The notes beneath the pieces were generated by a model. The model searched no databases, was not told where the DNA came from, and worked only from the letters and a program-made list of their open reading frames with translations. Positions 9,205 through 19,887 of a DNA stretch of 52,412 nucleotides are shown piece after piece. The stretch is from assembly GCA_041172305.1 (NCBI GenBank), contig JBEDKF010000064.1, forward strand, positions 1 to 52,412. The letters run 5' to 3'. Within the stretch, counting starts at the first letter, position 1. Each line of letters begins with the position of its first letter. Source of the stretch: Actinomycetota bacterium (GTDB taxonomy: Bacteria; Actinomycetota; Actinomycetes; Actinomycetales; Microbacteriaceae). Position numbers and translations under genes: made by a program.

Positions 9205-10521
9205 TTAGAACGAGATTGGGTTGACTAGGTCCGCGATGATAATCAGTGCGCTCATGGCCATAAGGGCAATAAAGACCACCCAGGTCAGAGGCATCAATAG
9301 CGCGGTGTCGGCCGGGCCTGGGTTTGGTCTGCGCAGAACGCGGAATATACCCTTCTTGATTGCCTCGTAAACGCCACCGGCCACGTGACCACCGTCGAGT
9401 GGCAACAGTGGAAGCAGGTTGAAGGCAAACAACGCGAAGTTGAGCGAGGCAAGGATGCCGAGCTGGCTCTGCAGTTTTTGCTCGAAGCTGGTCGAACTGC
9501 TGCTTGCCACTTCTCCGGCGATTTGGCCGATGCCAATGATCGAAACCGGGCCATCAGCGCGCCGGTCTCCCCCACCGAAGGTTGACTGGCCGACCGAGGC
9601 CACTTGTTCCGGGAGATTCAAAATCATTTGCCCAACCTGAACTACCGATTTAACCGATGCGCCGAGTGACTCACCCAAGGAAAGCGGTCGAACCTCGCTG
9701 GCTAGGACAATGCCGAACACAGGCTTAGGAACCAAAACAGCGTTTCCAGAACTGTCGACTTTCACCGCACCATTCTCAATAACCTGACGGTCCACGGTGA
9801 TGGGAGTGATCGCAATGCGTTCTTCGCTGCCACCCGCACGCTTAACCAGCAGATTATTGACCGAATCGGCCTTAATGAGCGTGCCAGATTCGCTCCAACT
9901 TGATATTGGCTTGCCATTGATTTCAAGAATCTCGTCACCAGGCTTCAGGCCCGCGGCGAGCGCCGGTGACGGTTGATCGACATCCGTGCATTGTGCCGAA
10001 GCCGTCGCAGGAACACAGTTTGCAACCTGTTCGATCTTGTTTGAAACCTGGGATACCCCGATGCCGCTGAGCGCCACAGTCAGCAAGATCACTCCGAGTA
10101 TGAGGTTCATGATCGGGCCGCCGAGCATGATTACCAGCCGCTTCCAGATGGCTAGCTGGTAAAACTTTCGACTCTCATCCCCTGGGCCGACATACTCGGA
10201 ATGAGCATCGCGGGCGGACGTCATCATGTCTCGGAAGAAACCTCGGCGGCTAGCCTTTTCGCCGGCCACAGCAGACTTTGCCGGCGGATACATGCCGATC
10301 ATGGTGATGTAACCACCAAGCGGAATGAGTTTTAGCCCGTATTCGGTTTCGCCGATCTTCTTGGAGAACAGAGTTGGCCCGAAACCAATCATGTACTTCG
10401 GAACCTTGACCCCGAATAACTTTGCCGGGATCAAGTGCCCGAGTTCGTGCCAACCAATTGAAAAACCGATGCCGAGGGCAATGATCAAGATTCCGACGAT
10501 GTAAAGCACCGAGTCGTTCAC
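9205..10521 (-). CDS. rseP: M50 intramembrane zinc metalloprotease with PDZ domain (RseP/Rip1-like)
   Basis: HELGH, FNLLPLLPLDGGH, SPALAAGLKPGD PDZ segment; between dxr and ispG. Confidence 0.93.
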   Translation of the reverse strand: MNDSVLYIVGILIIALGIGFSIGWHELGHLIPAKLFGVKVPKYMIGFGPTLFSKKIGETEYGLKLIPLGGYITMIGMYPPAKSAVAGEKASRRGFFRDMMTSARDAHSEYVGPGDESRKFYQLAIWKRLVIMLGGPIMNLILGVILLTVALSGIGVSQVSNKIEQVANCVPATASAQCTDVDQPSPALAAGLKPGDEILEINGKPISSWSESGTLIKADSVNNLLVKRAGGSEERIAITPITVDRQVIENGAVKVDSSGNAVLVPKPVFGIVLASEVRPLSLGESLGASVKSVVQVGQMILNLPEQVASVGQSTFGGGDRRADGPVSIIGIGQIAGEVASSSSTSFEQKLQSQLGILASLNFALFAFNLLPLLPLDGGHVAGGVYEAIKKGIFRVLRRPNPGPADTALLMPLTWVVFIALMAMSALIIIADLVNPISF

Positions 10522-10522
10522 G

Positions 10523-11608
10523 TTAGCAAGCCTTTGCTATCTGGGCGCTGGCGCGGTCTCGTGCCCACACTTCGGCGCGCAAAACACCTTCTAGTGAGAG
10601 TTCGGATTCAGGCTCGTGGGCGTCAACCACACGCTTGACTAAATCAACAATCTGGTTGAACCCGATCCATCCGGCATGGAAAGCTTCGACAGCCTGTTCG
10701 TTAGCCGCGTTGTAAACAGCCGGATAGGTTAGACCGGCAGAACCGACCTGGCGAGCAAGTCGCACGGCACCAAACACATTCTCGTCGAGTGGCTCGAAAG
10801 TCCAGGTGGCGGCCTTGGTCCAGTCACATGCCTTGGCTACATTTGGCACTCGAGCTGGCCAGGACATTCCAAGCGCTATCGGCAAACGCATGTCTGGAGG
10901 TGAACACTGGGCCAAAACTGAACCATCCACGAATTCAACCATCGAGTGAACGATTGATTGCGGGTGAACCGTCACCTCGATGCGATCAAAAGGAATATCG
11001 AAAAGCAGGTGAGCTTCGATCAGCTCAAGCCCCTTGTTGACCATGGTTGCCGAGTTGGTCGTCACTACTTTGCCCATTACCCAAGTTGGATGCGCAAGTG
11101 CCTGCGCCGGCGTCACGTCTTGCAACTGCTCGCGAGACCAGCCTCGAAACGGGCCGCCGGATGCCGTGAGAATAAGTTTGCGAACCTCTTGTGCGGTTCC
11201 ACCCAAGAGACACTGAGCCAGAGCCGAGTGCTCGCTATCTACGGGGACAATCTGCCCCGGCTGAGCAGCCTCGGTGACCAAACGGCCGCCGACAATCAGC
11301 GATTCTTTGTTGGCAAGAGCGAGCGTCTTGCCAGACTTCAAAGTGGCAAGCGTCGGAGCGAGGCCGATTGAACCGGTAATGCCGTTGATGACGACTTCTG
11401 CATCTAGGTCTTCGACCATGCGCGTAGCGGCTTCTGCGCCTTGCACGGCATCCTTGACATTGAACTTTTTCGCCTGCTCGGCAAGCAACTCGGCGTTCTG
11501 CCCGGCAGCCAGCCCAACCACCTGAAAGCGGTCCGGGTTGGCTTCGATGACCTCGAGGGCCTGGGTTCCGATCGACCCGGTTGACCCGAGAATAATGACG
11601 CGACGCAT
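10523..11608 (-). CDS. dxr: 1-deoxy-D-xylulose-5-phosphate reductoisomerase
   Basis: [47 protein letters not shown]. Confidence 0.98.
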   Translation of the reverse strand: MRRVIILGSTGSIGTQALEVIEANPDRFQVVGLAAGQNAELLAEQAKKFNVKDAVQGAEAATRMVEDLDAEVVINGITGSIGLAPTLATLKSGKTLALANKESLIVGGRLVTEAAQPGQIVPVDSEHSALAQCLLGGTAQEVRKLILTASGGPFRGWSREQLQDVTPAQALAHPTWVMGKVVTTNSATMVNKGLELIEAHLLFDIPFDRIEVTVHPQSIVHSMVEFVDGSVLAQCSPPDMRLPIALGMSWPARVPNVAKACDWTKAATWTFEPLDENVFGAVRLARQVGSAGLTYPAVYNAANEQAVEAFHAGWIGFNQIVDLVKRVVDAHEPESELSLEGVLRAEVWARDRASAQIAKAC

Positions 11609-11684
11609 GTTTCAATCTTGCCACCCTGCGGCGAGTTTCAAGACGGATAGCCCAGACCAGTTTTAGGAGGCTTAGACTTGAAAC

Positions 11685-13019
11685 ATGAGCGAATTTAGCG
11701 TCGCGCAAGAGCGCAAAGTTATTACTTCTATCCCTGGTCCTAAGTCGCAAGCACTTCACCAGCGTCGTCTGGATGCGGTTTCGGCTGGTGCGGGTGCCGC
11801 ACTACCTGTTTACATCGAAAAAGCACACGGGGCGATCATCGTCGACGCCGACGGTAACCACATGATCGACCTCGGTTCAGGTATCGGTGTAATGACAATC
11901 GGCCACACCAACGCCGGCGTCGTGAAGGCGGTTCAAGACCAGGTAGCGAAGCTCACCCACACGCTTTTCACCCTCACCCCATACGAGCAGTATGTCGAGG
12001 TTTGTGAACTTCTGAACAAGCACACCCCAGGCAACTTCAAGAAGAAGTCCGTCTTGTTTAACTCAGGTGCTGAAGCGGTTGAAAATGCCGTGAAGATCGC
12101 CCGCAAGGCAACCCGCAAGAACGGAATCGTGGTTTTTGACCACGCCTACCACGGTCGCACCAACCTGACATTCACCATGAACTTCAAGTCGGCACCCTAC
12201 GGAAACGGCTTTGGCCCAACCGCGCCAAGCATTCAGCACGTGCCGATGTCTTACCCATACCGCGACCCACAAGGCATGAGCGGCGTAGAAGCCGCTCAGC
12301 GCTCGATCACCTACATCGAGAAGCGCGTTGGAGTAGAAGACTTGGCAGCGATTGTTATCGAGCCGATTCAGGGTGAGGGCGGTTTCATCGTCCCTGCCGA
12401 CGGGTTCTTGAAGACCCTCAGCGACTGGGCTCACGCAAACGGTGTAATCGTCATCGCGGATGAGGTTCAGGCAGGTATCGCCCGCACCGGAAAGTGGTTC
12501 GCCAGCGAGCACTTCGATGGATGGGAGCCAGATCTATTCACCATCGCTAAGGGAATCGCCGGCGGTATGCCAATCTCGGCCGTCACCGGCCGCGCCGAAA
12601 TCATGGATGCCTCACACCCTGGAGGCCTAGGTGGCACATTCGGCGGAAACCCGGTTGCCGCAGCGGCCGCCGTATCGGTCTTGAAGGAGATCGAAGCCGG
12701 TGGCGTCATCGAACGTGCTCAGGAGATCGGTCAGCTCCTTGGCGACCGCCTACGCGCGCTCAAGGCCAAGTACCCGGTGATCGGCGATGTTCGCGGCCAC
12801 GGTGCCATGATGGCCCTCGAGTTCGTCGAGCCGGGCACTCTGAACCCGAACAAGGATGCAGTAGACAAGCTGGTCAAGCACTGCCACTCAAACGGTGTGC
12901 TGGTCTTGAATGCCGGAACCTACTACAACGTGATTCGTTTCTTGCCACCACTGGCTATCTCGGATGCGCTGCTGAGCGAAGCACTTGACGTGCTCGAAGC
13001 CGGTTTGGCCGCTCTGTAA
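11685..13019 (+). CDS. gabT: 4-aminobutyrate--2-oxoglutarate transaminase
   Basis: Class III PLP enzyme: NSGAEAVENAVKIAR, EPIQGEGGF, DEVQAG.ARTG, AKGIAGG, GGTFGGNP; adjacent to polyamine genes. Confidence 0.9.
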   Translation: MSEFSVAQERKVITSIPGPKSQALHQRRLDAVSAGAGAALPVYIEKAHGAIIVDADGNHMIDLGSGIGVMTIGHTNAGVVKAVQDQVAKLTHTLFTLTPYEQYVEVCELLNKHTPGNFKKKSVLFNSGAEAVENAVKIARKATRKNGIVVFDHAYHGRTNLTFTMNFKSAPYGNGFGPTAPSIQHVPMSYPYRDPQGMSGVEAAQRSITYIEKRVGVEDLAAIVIEPIQGEGGFIVPADGFLKTLSDWAHANGVIVIADEVQAGIARTGKWFASEHFDGWEPDLFTIAKGIAGGMPISAVTGRAEIMDASHPGGLGGTFGGNPVAAAAAVSVLKEIEAGGVIERAQEIGQLLGDRLRALKAKYPVIGDVRGHGAMMALEFVEPGTLNPNKDAVDKLVKHCHSNGVLVLNAGTYYNVIRFLPPLAISDALLSEALDVLEAGLAAL

Positions 13020-13030
13020 GTCTTAGCAAC

Positions 13031-13066
13031 GTTGAAAGCCCCGGCCGATTGGCCGGGGCTTTCAAC
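13031..13066. terminator. Probable bidirectional intrinsic terminator
   Basis: Perfect 16-bp inverted repeat gttgaaagccccggcc-gatt-ggccggggctttcaac between convergent gabT and potC. Confidence 0.9.
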
Positions 13067-13079
13067 AATTTATGGAGAT

Positions 13080-13880
13080 CTACTTCTTTGCTAGGCGTCT
13101 TGCCTTCAATGAACCGCGAATTTGAACGGTAACCACGATGGCAATCGCAAACAGGAAGACAGCAGAGCCAATCACATTGGCCTCCGCCGGTATTCCGCGA
13201 GCAGCAGCTGTGTAGACATACTTCGGGAAGGTCATAGCCGGGCCTGAGTTGAAGTTCGTAATGATGAAGTCATCAAAACTCAACGCGAATGACAGAAGCG
13301 CCGCCGAAAGAATTCCAGGCATCAGCAATGGGAATGTGATCTTCCAGAAAACCTGCGATGGCGAACCATACAAGTCACGGCCAGCCTCTTCTAGGGCCGG
13401 GTCGAGCGAAGCCACACGAGCCTTCACCGTTACCACAACAAATGACATGCAGAACATTACGTGGGCGATGATGATCGTCGCGATTCCCTTGGCTGCACCG
13501 ATGCTGAAGAACTGGGATGCCAGACCGGCACCTAAAACTACCTCAGGGGTTGCCATTGGCAAGAAGATCAGCAAGCTGACGAATGATCGGAACTTGAAGC
13601 GGTAGCGGACAAGCGCGATTGCAATCATGGTGCCGAGCGTGGTGGCAAGAAGGGTCGAAATCACACCGATCATTACCGAGTTGCCAAAGGCCTCACAGAC
13701 GCCCTGCTGTTCACAAACGTTGATCCAGTTGTCTAGGGTAAAGCCACGCCAAATCAGGTTCGTTTTCTGCGAATCATTGAATGAGAAAACGAAGGTGTAG
13801 GCGATTGGAATCATCAGGTAGATGATTGCGATTACCGAGAAAAGCGGCAAAACATACTTGCTGAGCCTCAAATTTTTCAT
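13080..13880 (-). CDS. potC: Polyamine ABC transporter permease (PotC/PotI family)
   Basis: EEAGRDLYGS EAA loop, FALSFDDFIIT. Confidence 0.88.
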   Translation of the reverse strand: MKNLRLSKYVLPLFSVIAIIYLMIPIAYTFVFSFNDSQKTNLIWRGFTLDNWINVCEQQGVCEAFGNSVMIGVISTLLATTLGTMIAIALVRYRFKFRSFVSLLIFLPMATPEVVLGAGLASQFFSIGAAKGIATIIIAHVMFCMSFVVVTVKARVASLDPALEEAGRDLYGSPSQVFWKITFPLLMPGILSAALLSFALSFDDFIITNFNSGPAMTFPKYVYTAAARGIPAEANVIGSAVFLFAIAIVVTVQIRGSLKARRLAKK

Positions 13881-14800
13881 AGTAGGTCCGCCGTTCCGCT
13901 GCGCTTGGCATAGAAGCCGACAAGCAACAGAATCACGCCCATTAGCAGCACTGAAAGTGCCGACGCGGTCGGGTAGTCATTTAGAACCAAGAAACGGGAT
14001 TCAACGACGTTACCGATCATCGCGGTCTTGGTGCCCCCGAGGAAGTCACCCGATGCGTTGACGTAGTCACCTGCGATCGGGATGAACGTCAGGAGGGTTC
14101 CAGAGATGATGCCGGGTGCCGTTAGCGGCAGAGTCACCTTGCGGAAGGTGGTTGCCGGTGTCGCATATAGGTCAGCGCCAGCTTCGAGAAGACGGATGTC
14201 GAGACGCTCGAGAATGCTGTAAAGCGGCAAGGTCATGAACGGAATGAAATTGTAGGTCAAACCAAAAATGACCATGGCAGGCGTGCCAACCAAGTAGTCA
14301 TTCATGCCAAGGATGCCAATGTTCTGAAGAAAGTGAACCGCGGCCGATTCGTTCGAGAAGATTTGCTTCCAGGCAAAGGTGCGAAGCAAGAAGCTAATGA
14401 AGAATGGGGCGATTACAAGGGTCAACATAAGTCCCTGAATCAGTGGGAAGCGACGAGCCTTTACCCCGATGAAGTATGCGAGAGGGTAGCTGATCAGCAA
14501 CGCCAGGAGCGTAGCGATGAAGGCGTATACGAATGAGTGCGAAATCTGCGGCCAGAAGTCGACGACTACCTTCGCATAGTTTTCAATCGCAAACCCGTAT
14601 GCGTAGCTGCCCATCATGCCGCTGCCATCTGGCACCTGCAGTGAGGTGACGATCAATGACACCAATGGGGTCATAAAGAACAGGCCAAGGTAGGTCAAAC
14701 CCGGTAGAAGCAGGAAGAGTGCAACCTTGCTCTTTTTAGTTGGAGCGGACGACGCAGCATTGCCACCGCCGCCTCCGTGACCGAAAGCCGCGAATGCCAT
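13877..14800 (-). CDS. potB: Polyamine ABC transporter permease (PotB/PotH family)
   Basis: SFLLRTFAW, LLEAGADLYA, PFMTLPLY. Confidence 0.88.
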   Translation of the reverse strand: MAFAAFGHGGGGGNAASSAPTKKSKVALFLLLPGLTYLGLFFMTPLVSLIVTSLQVPDGSGMMGSYAYGFAIENYAKVVVDFWPQISHSFVYAFIATLLALLISYPLAYFIGVKARRFPLIQGLMLTLVIAPFFISFLLRTFAWKQIFSNESAAVHFLQNIGILGMNDYLVGTPAMVIFGLTYNFIPFMTLPLYSILERLDIRLLEAGADLYATPATTFRKVTLPLTAPGIISGTLLTFIPIAGDYVNASGDFLGGTKTAMIGNVVESRFLVLNDYPTASALSVLLMGVILLLVGFYAKRSGTADLL

Positions 14801-15948
14801 TAGATCACCGAGATTGACTCGGTTGCGCTGAGCTCAGGCAAGTCGCTAAGGCCAAAGCTGTGCTCGACCTTCCAACTAACCCAAACTCTGGCGCCGAGTT
14901 CGGTGACTGGGCTCTTGCCCACGTTCTGAGCAAAAACGGTGACATTGCCAACACCAGGGATTTCAATCAGATACTGGTTGCTCACACCGGTGAAACGAAT
15001 GTCGATGATCTCGCCAGGGCCGATTAGGTTGATACCGGTCTGTGCGGTCGGTTCGGTCTCGTGGAAGTTTGCCTTCTCAGGTCTAACACCGACTGCGATG
15101 GTTCCGGTGTGCTTCTCAGCGCGTTCGGTTGGCACTGTGATCTTATTTCCAGACACGTTGATGCTGATCGAGGTGCCGTTCGACTCAGCGACTTCACCAA
15201 CAAAGAGGTTCGACTGGCCCAAGAACTTTGACACGAACACGGTGTGTGGTCGATCGTAAAGTTTCTCTGGTGCGCCCATCTGCTCGATGCGACCCTTGTT
15301 CATAACCGCAACGGTGTCTGCCATGTCCATGGCTTCTTCTTGGTCGTGAGTCACGTGCAAGAAGGTCAAACCGACTTCCATCTGGATTGCCTTGAGCTCG
15401 ATCTGCATCTGACGGCGAAGCTTCAAGTCAAGCGCACCAAGCGGCTCATCCAGGAGCAGCAAGGATGGGCGGTTGACCAGTGCGCGAGCCAACGCGACGC
15501 GCTGCTGCTGACCACCCGAAAGCTGCTGAGGTCGTCGCTGTGCCAAGTGGCCGAGCTCAACTAGCTCAAGAGCTGCGGTTGCCTTGGTCATAGGGTCTTC
15601 GATTTTGCGCTGCTTCAAGCCAAACGCGACGTTCTCGAGCACCGACATGTGCGGGAACAAGGCGTAGCTCTGGAAAACGGTGTTTACCTGACGCTCATGT
15701 GGCTTGGTTGCAGTAACATCCTTGCCGCCGATGAGAATCTTTCCCTTGGTCGGCTCGTCGAGACCGGCGACAAGGCGCAAGGTCGTGGTCTTGCCGCAAC
15801 CCGATGGGCCTAGAAGCGCGAAGAACTCGCCTGCTGGGATGTGAAGATCCAGGTTTTCAATGGCGGTGAAGCCTGGGAATTCCTTGCGGATGCCGACTAG
15901 TTCTAGGTCTGCACCGCGTGCAATAAACTCTTGCGCCAACCTAGCCAC
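14800..15948 (-). CDS. potA: Polyamine ABC transporter ATP-binding protein
   Basis: GPSGCGKT, VNTVFQSYALFPHM, LSGGQQQR, LLLDEPLGALDLKLR; C-terminal TOBE-like region. Confidence 0.92.
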   Translation of the reverse strand: MARLAQEFIARGADLELVGIRKEFPGFTAIENLDLHIPAGEFFALLGPSGCGKTTTLRLVAGLDEPTKGKILIGGKDVTATKPHERQVNTVFQSYALFPHMSVLENVAFGLKQRKIEDPMTKATAALELVELGHLAQRRPQQLSGGQQQRVALARALVNRPSLLLLDEPLGALDLKLRRQMQIELKAIQMEVGLTFLHVTHDQEEAMDMADTVAVMNKGRIEQMGAPEKLYDRPHTVFVSKFLGQSNLFVGEVAESNGTSISINVSGNKITVPTERAEKHTGTIAVGVRPEKANFHETEPTAQTGINLIGPGEIIDIRFTGVSNQYLIEIPGVGNVTVFAQNVGKSPVTELGARVWVSWKVEHSFGLSDLPELSATESISVI

Positions 15949-17182
15949 CGAGCTTTACAGCCTGGAAGGCGGTAGCGAACTCAAGTTCTTCTTGACCGGT
16001 GAGCGAGCGGAACGCCTTAGTGTTCTTCAAGGTCTTCTCGGTAGGGAAGATCAGCTCGTTGTTTGCGGCATCTGGATACTTCTCCATCGCGATCTCGCGC
16101 GCGCCAGCAACCGGTGTGATGTAGTTCACGTAGTTTGCCAACTCTGCAGCATTCGCAGGGTCGTAGTAGAAGTTCATGAGCTTCTCGGCGTTGGTCTTGT
16201 GAGGTGAACCCATCGGAACAACGAAGGTGTCAGCGGCGATGGTCGCACCAGACTCTGGAACAACAAAGCCGTAGACATCTGAACCAGCTTCTGCATTCAA
16301 CTGCACAATGTCACCCGACCATGCGATAGCGGCGATGGTGTCGCCGTTCACGAGGTCTTCCTTGTAACTGTTGCCCTTGATCTTGGCAACCTGGCCAGAG
16401 TCAACCTGCTTCTGGAGGAAGCCGATTGCGTTATCAAATGCAGCGGTGGTGAGGCTTGAGTCTGACGTGATGTCGATTCCCTGGCTCATCAAAATTAGAC
16501 CCACGGTGTCGCGCATCTCAGAAAGAACGCCCACGCGGCCCTTCAGTGACGGGTTCCAAAGGTCGTCGATAGTAGCCGGAGCAACCTTGCCGGTTGCCTC
16601 CTTATAAGCCTTCTTGTTGTAAGCGATACCAGCAAGGATGCCCTGGTAAGGAAGAGACTGTTCGCGCTTCGGGTCATAGGCAGCACCCAGGTAAGCAGGC
16701 TGAATGTTCTTCTTGTTCACCAACACGGTCTCGTCGAAGGTCTGGGTGTAACCAAGTGTGATCCAGCGAGCGGCCATCCACTGGGTTGGGCAAACTAGGT
16801 CTGCGCCAATGTCCTGGCCGAGGGCGAGCTGATCCTTCACCTTGGCAAAGTAAGTGTCGTTGTCGTCGTAGTCTTCGCGGTATTCCACGGTGATTCCCTG
16901 CTCAGCCTGGAATCGCTCTAGGGTCGGACGACCGCCCTTGTCATCGACGTCGATGTAGAGCGACCAGTTTGACCAGATCAGGCTTTTGTCGGTAGCAGAG
17001 GTGTCGGTAGCAGGAGTCAGAGTCTTCTTGCCTGCACCACCACCCGGAGTACAAGCCGCAAGAGCGAGCGCAGCAGCGGTCGCAGACGCACCGGCTAGAG
17101 CCGTTCTGCGTGTCATCTGGTGACGACGAGCCATTTTGATTAGGTCTCGCATCATTGGGTCTTCTGGAAGTGGCTTATTCAT
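15941..17182 (-). CDS. potD: Polyamine ABC transporter substrate-binding lipoprotein (Tat signal)
   Basis: Start moved to ATG 17182 (GAAGGAGA SD); TRRTAL...LAAC Tat lipobox; NWSLYID and AWSGD PotD/PotF-type motifs. Confidence 0.88.
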   Translation of the reverse strand: MNKPLPEDPMMRDLIKMARRHQMTRRTALAGASATAAALALAACTPGGGAGKKTLTPATDTSATDKSLIWSNWSLYIDVDDKGGRPTLERFQAEQGITVEYREDYDDNDTYFAKVKDQLALGQDIGADLVCPTQWMAARWITLGYTQTFDETVLVNKKNIQPAYLGAAYDPKREQSLPYQGILAGIAYNKKAYKEATGKVAPATIDDLWNPSLKGRVGVLSEMRDTVGLILMSQGIDITSDSSLTTAAFDNAIGFLQKQVDSGQVAKIKGNSYKEDLVNGDTIAAIAWSGDIVQLNAEAGSDVYGFVVPESGATIAADTFVVPMGSPHKTNAEKLMNFYYDPANAAELANYVNYITPVAGAREIAMEKYPDAANNELIFPTEKTLKNTKAFRSLTGQEELEFATAFQAVKLGG

Positions 17183-17317
17183 TGCCGAATCTCCTTCATC
17201 GATTTGGGCATCAGCCCGACCAATAAAACCAGAGCACACTCCGTGCGCATCCAAGGGAAATCCTGCCACAAAACGAGGGGCTTGCCGACCGAAATTACCC
17301 CTTCGAGGAAGTTTTTT

Positions 17318-18370
17318 TTAAAAACCTAACGGGAATGCGAAATCAAGTTCGAAACCGGTGCCAGTTTTCAGCTGGGCATCGCGCCATCCGGGCGGTAAAA
17401 CCCTGGCGATTCGTCTTCCTTGAAAGCCGAGTTGATTGAGGTCTAGGGGGTCCATGTCGCCAATGGATACGCGGGCTCTGAGGTTCACCAGTAGGTTTCG
17501 TGTGATTCCTGACATCGATTGATTCGAGACGATTAAATGCATTCCGAGCGAGCGGCCTCGCGATGCGATTTGCTCTAAGGATTGGCCCAGGCGCGGGTGC
17601 TGTCGGAGCAGCTCCCCCAACTCATCGATGACCACAAAATGCCGATTTAGATTCAGCCCTTTCGAGCCGGCCTCCTCGATGCTCTGCGCCTGGGCATCAG
17701 CCAACAGTATCTGCCGATTTAGCAGCTGGCGCTCGAGCGTGCTGGCGATCGAAACCGCCTCGGTTAGGGCTAGGTCAGTGGCCAACCCAACTACGCGAGG
17801 GTTTTCGGCAAAGCGAGCCATGGTTGCACCGCCCTTGTAGTCGATTAAAGTCAGCTCAAGAGGGCTGGCTTGCGTTAGCCACCCGGAAACCAGCAACCTC
17901 ATAAACTCGCTTTTTCCGGAGCCGGTAGCTCCGACGATGAGCATGTGCGGCCCGGATGTCGATAAATCAAAATCGATGTCCTGGCCAGATTCAACCCCGA
18001 TCCAGTTTGAATTATCTGAGCTGCCCCGAAAACCTCTCGCTCGAGCGGCTTGTAAAACTTTGGCCAAGCTATCTGCAGCGCCTTCTTGCGCCAGGCCATC
18101 CCAGAGGTATTGGTGCCAATCGCGCCGCCAGAGAATTTCACGTCTAGGCAAACGATGCTCACCAATCCAGACGTCTCGCCCATCAAAACGCACAGGACCT
18201 GCAAGCGCGAAACCCCGCATCCGCTTGTGCCAGCGACTCAACGGCCAAACACCTAGGCTGAGCAACGCAAAAGCCAGCATCTGCCAGTCGCCGCTCGTGA
18301 ACCCGTGAACGGCACCAAAAATCACAGATGGAAGAAACCAAAGACCCTGCATAAACGAAGAATGGGCCAC
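17318..18370 (-). CDS. Membrane-anchored single-domain FtsK/SpoIIIE (EccC/EssC-like) ATPase
   Basis: Two N-terminal hydrophobic segments; GPHMLIVGATGSGKS Walker A, LIDYKGG, VVIDE Walker B, RGRSLGMHLIVSNQ; start could be ATG 18352. Confidence 0.85.
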   Translation of the reverse strand: MAHSSFMQGLWFLPSVIFGAVHGFTSGDWQMLAFALLSLGVWPLSRWHKRMRGFALAGPVRFDGRDVWIGEHRLPRREILWRRDWHQYLWDGLAQEGAADSLAKVLQAARARGFRGSSDNSNWIGVESGQDIDFDLSTSGPHMLIVGATGSGKSEFMRLLVSGWLTQASPLELTLIDYKGGATMARFAENPRVVGLATDLALTEAVSIASTLERQLLNRQILLADAQAQSIEEAGSKGLNLNRHFVVIDELGELLRQHPRLGQSLEQIASRGRSLGMHLIVSNQSMSGITRNLLVNLRARVSIGDMDPLDLNQLGFQGRRIARVLPPGWRDAQLKTGTGFELDFAFPLGF

Positions 18371-18409
18371 CGAGATTGACTCGATGACCCAAACTTCACA
18401 AACTGTGGA

Positions 18410-19846
18410 TTAGTCCCCAATATAAGACATGACGTGCTTAATGCGGGTGTAGTCCTCGAAGCCATACTGCGAAAGGTCCTTGCCATAACCGGAGTGGCGG
18501 AAACCACCGTGAGGCATTTCGGCCGCCAAAGGAATGTGGGTGTTGATCCAGACGCAACCGAAGTTGAGCCCCTTTGAGAAGCGCATTGCGCGGGTGTGGT
18601 TCTGCGTCCAAACAGAAGACGCTAGACCGTACTGAACGTCGTTGGCCCAACGCATAGCTTCTGCGTCGTCCTTGAACTTTTGGACGGTGGTCACTGGGCC
18701 AAAGATCTCGCTCTGAATGTGCTCGTCGTTCTGGTTTAGGCCAGACAAAACGGTCGCTTCGTGGAAGTAACCGACATCGCCGATGCGCTTGCCGCCAACT
18801 TCGATGCGTGCGTGATCAGGCAGGCGATCGATGAAGCCCTGAACGCGCTCAAGTTGGCCGGCATTGTTCACCGGGCCGAACAGGATGTCTTCGCGGCTAG
18901 GGTCACCGGTGATTGCGTTGGCCTTAACCTCGGCTACGAGCAAGGCGATGAAGTCATCGTGCACAGATTCGTGAACCAGGATGCGGGTTGCCGCGGTGCA
19001 GTCCTGTCCGGCGTTGAAGTAACCGGCAATCGCAATCTGGGCGGCTGCCTTTTGCAGGTCTGCATCCTCGAAGACAATGACAGGCGCCTTGCCACCGAGC
19101 TCGAGGTGCACACGCTTCAGGTCGGTAGCGGCCGACTTGGCAACCTCCATACCGGCGCGAACCGAACCCGTGATCGACACCATCTGAGGAATCGGGTTCT
19201 CAATCATCGCGCGCCCGGTGTCTCGAGTTCCGGCTACGACGTTGAAAACACCCTTAGGCAAAAATTCGCTCGCGATTTCGGCGAGCAAAAGGGTTGATGC
19301 AGGGGTGGTGTCTGAAGGCTTGATGACCACGGCGTTACCTGCAGCGATTGCCGGAGCGAACTTCCAAACCGCCATATTTAGTGGATAGTTCCATGGGGTT
19401 ACCTGGCCGATGACGCCGATTGGTTCGCGGCGAATCCACGAGGTGTGGTCGCGAGCGTATTCGCCCGCAGACTTACCTTCAAGGTTGCGGGCGGCACCGG
19501 CGAAGAAACGAATCTGGTCAACCGATGGTGCCATCTCATACTCAACAAGGGTGCTGCGCGGCTTACCGGTGTTTTCGGACTCGACGTCCGCGGCCTCTTC
19601 TGCGCGTGCTTCTAGGGCATCGGCGATGCGGAACAGCGCCAACTGGCGCTCGCCCGGAGTGAAGTTGCTCCACTCTTCGAAACCCGCCTCGGCTGCCTTG
19701 TAGGCTGCGTCTACATCGGCCGCGGAGGAAACTGGGGCCGTCGCATAGACCTGGCCAGTCGCTGGGTTGATTACATCACTGGTTTCACCAGACTTTGCCT
19801 CAACGTATTCACCATTGACAAAATTTTGTAGTTTACGGACCGACAT
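18410..19846 (-). CDS. Gamma-aminobutyraldehyde dehydrogenase (ALDH family)
   Basis: [51 protein letters not shown]; polyamine context. Confidence 0.9.
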   Translation of the reverse strand: MSVRKLQNFVNGEYVEAKSGETSDVINPATGQVYATAPVSSAADVDAAYKAAEAGFEEWSNFTPGERQLALFRIADALEARAEEAADVESENTGKPRSTLVEYEMAPSVDQIRFFAGAARNLEGKSAGEYARDHTSWIRREPIGVIGQVTPWNYPLNMAVWKFAPAIAAGNAVVIKPSDTTPASTLLLAEIASEFLPKGVFNVVAGTRDTGRAMIENPIPQMVSITGSVRAGMEVAKSAATDLKRVHLELGGKAPVIVFEDADLQKAAAQIAIAGYFNAGQDCTAATRILVHESVHDDFIALLVAEVKANAITGDPSREDILFGPVNNAGQLERVQGFIDRLPDHARIEVGGKRIGDVGYFHEATVLSGLNQNDEHIQSEIFGPVTTVQKFKDDAEAMRWANDVQYGLASSVWTQNHTRAMRFSKGLNFGCVWINTHIPLAAEMPHGGFRHSGYGKDLSQYGFEDYTRIKHVMSYIGD

Positions 19847-19887
19847 GGCCTAGCTCTCCTTCGAGTTGTTGCTCATATTGTGACTCT

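Noticed and set aside
11665-11670. AGGAGG upstream of gabT as its SD
   Set aside because: 14 nt from the ATG and upstream of a TAGACT -10 box; a leaderless start fits better
17183-17269. 29-aa N-terminal extension of PotD in the ORF track
   Set aside because: A strong SD precedes ATG 17182; the extension is likely UTR
18395-18412. AATCCACA (DnaA-box-like) word upstream of the FtsK-like gene, also at about 52227-52234 upstream of the PKD-like gene
   Set aside because: Only two imperfect copies, in different orientation and spacing relative to the starts; not distinguishable from chance
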